Position numbers and translations under genes: made by a program. A DNA stretch of 64,000 nucleotides from an uncultured Chloroflexota bacterium (GTDB lineage Bacteria; Chloroflexota; Dehalococcoidia; Lucifugimonadales; UBA1127). Position 1 is the stretch's first letter, and each line of letters opens with the position of its first letter. The notes under the pieces were generated by a model. That model saw only the letters and a program-made list of their open reading frames with translations. It was not told the DNA's origin and ran no database searches. The stretch is from positions 8,549 to 72,548 of the forward strand of contig CAJWQJ010000007.1 of NCBI GenBank assembly GCA_913045315.1. The letters are read 5' to 3'. This document shows positions 58,743-64,000 of the stretch, in pieces.

Positions 58743-59594
58743 ATGAAAGTTGGATCTTCAGAATTATATTTACTAAAAGATGGATCATTTAAACTTGATG
58801 GCGGGACACTATTCGGACAAGTTCCAAAAGAACTTTGGGGAGGGGTAGTTAAATCCGATACTAGAAATCGAGTTACCCTTGGATTAAATGTATTACTAAT
58901 AAAGAACGGTAACAAAAACATACTCATTGATGCTGGAGCTGGTAACAAATACAGTGATGTCATGTTGGATCGTTATGGTCTCAAGGGAAATAAAACCCAA
59001 CGTGCACTAAAAAAAATAGGTATTACAAGTAATGACATTGATATAGTCATCTTAACGCATCTTCATTTTGATCACGCAGGTGGCTTAACAAAATCTAATC
59101 GAAGTGGAATTCTTGTTCCTACTTTTCCTAATGCAAGACATATAATTCAAGAATCTGCTTGGCAGCATGCAGTAAATCCAAATGAACGCAGCTCAGCATC
59201 ATTTTTAAGAGAAGATTTTCAAATTCTAGCTGATCTTGGTTTAGTAGATTTGATCAAGGGTGATCACGAGGTCTATAGGGGAATAAATATTCTTAAGACA
59301 GATGGCCATTCTCGAGGACATCAAATAGTTGAGATAGGTAATCGAACAAGAAAAGTCGTATTCCTTGGAGACTTAATCCCTACTCCACACCATCTTACAT
59401 TGCCTTGGATTAGCTCCTTAGATCAAGACCCGGAGATAACACTGAGATACAAACGGTATTTTATTGAACAAGCAGAGAAGGAAGGATGGTTAATGCTTTT
59501 TTCCCACGGTTATAAAGAACGAGCCGGTACACTCATAAGACAGGGAGGCAAGCCACTTCTAAAAGCTGAGTCATTAGGAGATGACGAGTTATAG
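58743..59594 (+). CDS. MBL-fold metallo-hydrolase
   Basis: HxHxDH motif LTHLHFDHAGG with downstream His ligands (GHSRGH). 283 aa. Confidence 0.75.
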   Translation: MKVGSSELYLLKDGSFKLDGGTLFGQVPKELWGGVVKSDTRNRVTLGLNVLLIKNGNKNILIDAGAGNKYSDVMLDRYGLKGNKTQRALKKIGITSNDIDIVILTHLHFDHAGGLTKSNRSGILVPTFPNARHIIQESAWQHAVNPNERSSASFLREDFQILADLGLVDLIKGDHEVYRGINILKTDGHSRGHQIVEIGNRTRKVVFLGDLIPTPHHLTLPWISSLDQDPEITLRYKRYFIEQAEKEGWLMLFSHGYKERAGTLIRQGGKPLLKAESLGDDEL

Positions 59595-59614
59595 ATATAA
59601 CTGTCAATGTATTC

Positions 59615-60091
59615 CTAATCTGCAGTTTCCCCACCACCTTTCTTTACTATTCTCAACATTTCTGACTCTAAAAGTGAAAAATCGGCCCGTGGCAGAAGAT
59701 GGAGTTCCAAATAAAATGCATGCTCCCACAATTCCATTGGCCATTTGCGAACGTAATCTAATCTAGGCACCAAATCTCTGGCATCTATCCAAACATCATC
59801 ATTCAAAATAACTTCAGTTTTAATTTCAACCCTGTATGCAAATGATTCGTCTGACCTATGACTTGTCCATATTGGACTTTCGTCTTTAAACATCTTTGAT
59901 GTAATCGTTGCTGAAGTAGGAAATGCACGTTTTTGTTTAATGTAATAAATAAGTCTATCGCCAGGTTCCATACGTTCAGTTTTTTTTCTTTGACTTCGAC
60001 CAAATCCTTGTAATTTATAGCCATTTTTTCTAGTTGCTTCAAAATTCTCAGGTAAGATCGTTAACATCCAATAATTCAAAATATTCTCCAA
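59615..60091 (-). CDS. EVE/PUA-like domain protein
   Basis: The pattern NYWMLT...PGDRLIYYI...PIW...AYRVEI resembles EVE (DUF55) domains. Assignment from memory only. Confidence 0.4.
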   Translation of the reverse strand: MENILNYWMLTILPENFEATRKNGYKLQGFGRSQRKKTERMEPGDRLIYYIKQKRAFPTSATITSKMFKDESPIWTSHRSDESFAYRVEIKTEVILNDDVWIDARDLVPRLDYVRKWPMELWEHAFYLELHLLPRADFSLLESEMLRIVKKGGGETAD

Positions 60092-60105
60092 AAGTAGATC
60101 ATAAA

Positions 60106-60603
60106 TTATTGTACTATACTTTGAATTAAATCCAGCATTTCAAGTACGGTTGTAGTAGCATCGTGTCCCTTATTTCCTTTCGTTCCTCCTGCTCGATCCA
60201 TTGCTTGACGAGGTGTAAGTGTAGTAAGGAGTCCAAAACCAATAGGAATATCATATTTTATTGAAACTTGGCGGATACCTGAAGATGCTTCTGAACAAAC
60301 ATAATCAAAATGCTGAGTTTCTCCTTTTATTACAGCACCTAAACATACAATACCGTCATATGATTTTGATGATGCAATTTTTTGAGCCATTAAAGGAAGC
60401 TCAAACGCACCTGGAACCCAAAAAACATCACAGTGATCTCTGTCTAAATATTTATCAATTACTTCAAAGGCTCCTTCCACAAGTTTTTCAGTAACAAATT
60501 CGTTAAATTTAGAAACTACTATTGCAATTTTAGGCAAATAATCATTTCCATCATTATTTTTTTCATTAATAAATCGCCAAGCATGACCTTCATATACAGT
60601 CAA
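60106..60603 (-). CDS. ribH: 6,7-dimethyl-8-ribityllumazine synthase
   Basis: Contains VPGAFELP, GAVIKGETQHFDYV and a GNKG block. Confidence 0.92.
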   Translation of the reverse strand: MTVYEGHAWRFINEKNNDGNDYLPKIAIVVSKFNEFVTEKLVEGAFEVIDKYLDRDHCDVFWVPGAFELPLMAQKIASSKSYDGIVCLGAVIKGETQHFDYVCSEASSGIRQVSIKYDIPIGFGLLTTLTPRQAMDRAGGTKGNKGHDATTTVLEMLDLIQSIVQ

Positions 60604-60634
60604 AACTCATTCTCCTAACAAAATAGATGCACCT

Positions 60635-61828
60635 TTATAATTTATGTCCCATTTTTTGCCGTTTGGTTTCTAGATACCCTTGATTTTCTTTGGTAGGATC
60701 TGAAATTATAGGCAACTGCTCAATTAATTCCAATCCATAAGCATCCAGACCAACAACCTTTTTTGGATTATTTGTCAGTAATCGCATTTTTTTTACTTTA
60801 AGATCTACTAGTATTTGAGCACCAATTCCATACCAACGTAAATCAGGAGGAAATCCAAGCTTTATATTTGCATCCACTGTATCAAGCCCAGAATCTTGAA
60901 GAGCATATGCTTTAATCTTATTGTGAAGGCCTATACCTCTACCTTCCTGCCTCATATAGACAAAAACCCCTTTGCCTGCATCCCCAATAGCTTTCAATGC
61001 CATATTCATCTGATTGCCACAATCACATCGTCGACTTCCAAACACATCACCTGTTAAGCATTCACTATGTACTCTTACTAATGTCGGTTCTTCTGGATCA
61101 ATATCTCCCATTACCAAGGCAATATGTTCAGCAGGATCAACCATGCTTTTGTATGCAACTGCTCGAAACATCCCAAACTGAGTAGGCAGTTGAGCATTAG
61201 CTACTTCAGATATAAGTTTTTCATGTTGCCTTCTATATGCTATCAGATCAGCTATTGTTACCATCAACAATTTATGTTCATTAGCAAATAATTCAAGTTC
61301 ATTCATTCGAGCCATATTTCCGTCATCTGACATAATTTCACAAATGACCCCAGCCGGTTGAAGTCCAGCAAGTCTAGCTAAATCTACTGAGGCTTCAGTA
61401 TGACCAGCCCGAACCAAAACGCCACCTGGAGCATACCGCAATGGAAATATATGTCCTGGTCGAGCAAAATCATCTGGCTTAGCATTTTCATCCACCATCG
61501 CCAGAATTGTGGCTGCACGATCAAAAGCAGAAGTTCCTGTGGTAGCACCTTCCTTTATATCAACTGATATAGTAAAAGCAGTCTCGTGTCTCGCAGAATT
61601 CTCGGTTACCATCAATGGAAGTTCTAATTCATCAAGCCTATCACCTGTCATGGAAATACAAATAATCCCACCAGCTTTTCTAGCCATGAAATTAATTTGT
61701 TCAGGAGTTATTTTTTCTGCTGCAACTACTACATCGCCTTCATTTTCCCGATCCTCGTCGTCGACTACTATTACAGGTCGTCCTCGTCTTAATTCTTCAA
61801 TAGCATCTTCGATCTTCGCAATAGCCAT
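60635..61828 (-). CDS. ribBA: bifunctional DHBP synthase / GTP cyclohydrolase II
   Basis: N-terminal DDEDRENEGD and HTEASVDLA. The C-terminal half has VRVHSECLTGDVFGSRRCDCG. Confidence 0.93.
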   Translation of the reverse strand: MAIAKIEDAIEELRRGRPVIVVDDEDRENEGDVVVAAEKITPEQINFMARKAGGIICISMTGDRLDELELPLMVTENSARHETAFTISVDIKEGATTGTSAFDRAATILAMVDENAKPDDFARPGHIFPLRYAPGGVLVRAGHTEASVDLARLAGLQPAGVICEIMSDDGNMARMNELELFANEHKLLMVTIADLIAYRRQHEKLISEVANAQLPTQFGMFRAVAYKSMVDPAEHIALVMGDIDPEEPTLVRVHSECLTGDVFGSRRCDCGNQMNMALKAIGDAGKGVFVYMRQEGRGIGLHNKIKAYALQDSGLDTVDANIKLGFPPDLRWYGIGAQILVDLKVKKMRLLTNNPKKVVGLDAYGLELIEQLPIISDPTKENQGYLETKRQKMGHKL

Positions 61829-61866
61829 TTCTCACTCCCATTTTAGGGCATTATATTAAAATATTA

Positions 61867-62448
61867 TTAGATATCTACCTGTCGAAATCCTTCGATGTAT
61901 TTTGCTATTATGTCAACCTCGAGATTTAACAGATCCCCTTTTTTACGATTTTTTAAAACTGTATTTGAGAGAGTGTATGGTATCACGGCTACAGAAAAAA
62001 TGGCATCACTTTTCTTAACAACTGTTAAACTAATTCCGTCAATTGCAACATAACCCTTCTCAACAATATATTTCTTTACTGAAATAGGAAGTTCGATTGA
62101 AACTAACGATTGATTTTCGATAATTTCAATGCTATTAACCGAACAAACACAGTCAACATGTCCTTGAACTAAATGCCCGCCCATTCTTCCGCCTAAAGTC
62201 ATGGATCTTTCAAGATTTACCTCATCAAAATTTTTAAGTTCTCCAAGATTAGTCCTTGAAAGAGTTTCAGGAGTTACATCAACTGTAAATATGGAATTCT
62301 CTATATTCGTTACAGTTAAACATGCTCCATTTACAGCAATACTATCTCCGTTTGAAATATCAGTAGTGACTATATCACCTTTTATTTCAAAAGATTTACC
62401 CTCTATTTTTATGATTTTTCCTACTTCTTCTACAATGCCAGTAAACAA
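61867..62448 (-). CDS. ribE: riboflavin synthase (alpha chain)
   Basis: MFTGIVEE N-terminus with duplicated GDSIAVNGACLTV / GYVAIDGISLTV lumazine-binding repeats. Confidence 0.9.
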   Translation of the reverse strand: MFTGIVEEVGKIIKIEGKSFEIKGDIVTTDISNGDSIAVNGACLTVTNIENSIFTVDVTPETLSRTNLGELKNFDEVNLERSMTLGGRMGGHLVQGHVDCVCSVNSIEIIENQSLVSIELPISVKKYIVEKGYVAIDGISLTVVKKSDAIFSVAVIPYTLSNTVLKNRKKGDLLNLEVDIIAKYIEGFRQVDI

Positions 62449-62450
62449 AT

Positions 62451-63542
62451 CTATCCCTTCTTTGCAACATATCCAGTTATATGCATGTCTTCATCAAGCC
62501 AGTCTAATGTCATATTATGCAACTTCCAGGAATTCGCTAAATCAAGTGCTCCAATTCCACGAACTACGGAAGGCGCATTCTCTCCACCAATTATAGTTGG
62601 GGCAATAAAAGCTTCTATTTTATCAACTAGGCCAGCTTCAAAAAATGAAGAGATAATTGTTCCCCCTCCCTCTATAAGAATTGAATTTATTCCTATCTGA
62701 CCTAAATATCTAAGTGCCATTAATGTATCTACTCGTCCATCAGAACCAGGCATTTTTATAATAGAAACAGCCTGATTATTTATAGTTTCTTCCCAAATTT
62801 TATCTGAATCATTGGTAAATATAATGACATCATGACCTGGAGCAAATAAAGTTGCGTTAACTGGTGTTCTACCTTTACTATCAAAAACTATTTTCAATGG
62901 TTGATTTTCACGTAATTCACCTATTTCATTTCTAGCTGTAAGTTTAGGATCATCAATCAAAATCGTATTTACTCCAATTAAAATTGCATCGCTAATACTA
63001 CGAATATAATGAGAATAATGACGAGATTTTTCATTAGTTATCCATTTTGACTCATTAGTAGACGTTGCAATCTTCCCATCAAGGCTCATCGCAAATTTAG
63101 CAGTCACAAATGGAATACCACTAGAAATTCTATGTAAGTATCCTTCCATAATCTGCTTAGCTGCTTCCTCTTCGTCTCCAATCACCACTTCAACACCATT
63201 AGATTGCAAATGTAGTATGCTTGAACCATTCATAAGTTCATTAGGATCAATAACACTGATAAAAACTTTTGCTATACCCTCTTCAATGATCCGATCAGTA
63301 CAAGGCGGGGTCTTGCCATAATGGCAACATGGTTCCAAGGTAACATATAAAGTGCTTCCTTTCGTCAAAGATCCAGCTTGGTCAATAGCTACAATTTCAG
63401 CATGTCTTCCTCCAACATGCTCAGTAAATCCTTCACCAATAACAACACCATCTTTAACCAAAACTGCCCCGACAGGAGGATTTGAATCAGTCTTGCCTAA
63501 GCATGACTTTGATAATTCTAGTGCACGTTCCATATAGTACAT
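62451..63542 (-). CDS. ribD: bifunctional diaminohydroxyphosphoribosylaminopyrimidine deaminase / uracil reductase
   Basis: Deaminase zinc motifs HAEIVAI and PCCHYGKTPPC. C-terminal reductase domain. Confidence 0.92.
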   Translation of the reverse strand: MYYMERALELSKSCLGKTDSNPPVGAVLVKDGVVIGEGFTEHVGGRHAEIVAIDQAGSLTKGSTLYVTLEPCCHYGKTPPCTDRIIEEGIAKVFISVIDPNELMNGSSILHLQSNGVEVVIGDEEEAAKQIMEGYLHRISSGIPFVTAKFAMSLDGKIATSTNESKWITNEKSRHYSHYIRSISDAILIGVNTILIDDPKLTARNEIGELRENQPLKIVFDSKGRTPVNATLFAPGHDVIIFTNDSDKIWEETINNQAVSIIKMPGSDGRVDTLMALRYLGQIGINSILIEGGGTIISSFFEAGLVDKIEAFIAPTIIGGENAPSVVRGIGALDLANSWKLHNMTLDWLDEDMHITGYVAKKG

Positions 63543-63571
63543 AATTAAAGTAATAAGTTGAAATTTATCTC

Positions 63572-64000
63572 TTAAAATGCAAAATCAATTGAAGCAAAGT
63601 CATTTAATCCTGTAATTCTATACAGTTGAGGCCAATGTTTTCTAGATGGGACAGAACGTCCATAAATCCAAGATTCAACAGTCTTTGGTTTACAGCCCAA
63701 AGCATCAGAAAATAGCACAATACTCCCTTTGAATTTACTCGATTTTAGCCACGCTCTTAGGTCTGTATCACTACTTCTTTGAGAATTTGCAATCTTTTTA
63801 TTTTTGCCCTGATAATAATTTTCGTGGTAATGACTAGGAACTGGCCCTTGCTGTCCTTGATACTTACTTCCAAGACCTTTCGAGCCATAAGGTCTTTTTG
63901 ATGGACTAGAAAGCTGCATAAATGATATTTGAGACACCTTCATGCCTGAATAAAGGTAAATTGGAAGATTGGCCAAATTGCTAAGCTCCAAGGTTAGTCT
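63572..64000 (-). CDS. dcd: dCTP deaminase C-terminal part (5' end beyond window) fused in frame to a ~78-aa HTH-like extension
   Basis: The frame is open to the window edge. LPIYLYSGMKVSQISFMQLSSPSKRPYGSKGLGSKYQGQQGPVPS aligns with the E. coli Dcd C-terminus as I recall it ([45 protein letters not shown]). The ORF then continues for ~78 more residues (63575..63808). Confidence 0.7.
   Translation of the reverse strand, partial: RLTLELSNLANLPIYLYSGMKVSQISFMQLSSPSKRPYGSKGLGSKYQGQQGPVPSHYHENYYQGKNKKIANSQRSSDTDLRAWLKSSKFKGSIVLFSDALGCKPKTVESWIYGRSVPSRKHWPQLYRITGLNDFASIDFAF

Noticed and set aside
1269-62700. Many 60-150 aa ORFs in the track lie antisense to, or out of frame within, long conserved genes. 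Examples: 1269..1451, 7446..7658, 12918..13196, 30800..31240, 38383..38682, 43959..44402, 44895..45299, 45718..46020, 50620..50991, 61509..61859, 62201..62596.
   Set aside because: Each is fully nested in a gene with strong family motifs on the other strand or frame. They have no SD or start context and show low-complexity or odd composition. I treat them as shadow ORFs.
1-64000. A search for CRISPR arrays, transposases, integrases, phage genes, toxin-antitoxin pairs or defence islands.
   Set aside because: I saw no regularly spaced direct repeats. No ORF had recombinase, transposase or nuclease-defence motifs. The window reads as a core, syntenic housekeeping region.

Overview
This is an AT-rich, gene-dense bacterial chromosomal segment with about 60 protein genes and 3 tRNA genes. 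I found no rRNA, CRISPR array, transposase, integrase or prophage signal. Almost everything is housekeeping or central metabolism:
- cytochrome c maturation (ccmB', ccmC, ccmD) followed by selA
- an hspR-dnaK heat-shock operon with a HAIR-type operator
- a DUF59/Mrp/SUOX-family cluster
- uvrB, surE, ruvB and radA
- a heterodimeric ABC exporter pair
- a split methylmalonyl-CoA mutase cluster (mutase, acyl-CoA dehydrogenase, epimerase, B12 subunit), then moaD-moaE
- miaB and nadA-nadB-nadC
- leuS, tyrS, and a serC-like gene next to serA
- larE-larC
- a hotdog hydratase pair with a crotonase, an MFS transporter and an orphan solute-binding protein
- ribF and a ribD-ribE-ribBA-ribH operon
- aroF-type DAHP synthase, aroH and trpA
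- yceD-rpmF-fabD-nusB-acpP
- an ECF-type sigma/anti-sigma pair

The most interesting item is an unannotated selenoprotein. The ORF at 29116..29646 is the truncated body of a DsbA/FrnE-family thiol oxidoreductase. Its true 5' end (ATG 29035, good Shine-Dalgarno (SD)) lies across one in-frame TGA at 29083..29085. That TGA falls exactly where the first Cys of the CPWC redox motif belongs, giving UPWC. A SECIS-like hairpin follows 12 nt downstream, and selA is in the same window.

Other observations worth a second look:
- a perfect 20+20 bp palindrome straddling the fabD stop and the nusB start
- a dCTP deaminase carrying a C-terminal HTH-like extension, directly upstream of a rib operon that has no room for an FMN riboswitch
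- a GreA homolog with a roughly 110-aa N-terminal extension
- a MoaD that ends GG-K instead of GG

All calls come from reading the sequence and from remembered family motifs. No searches were run.
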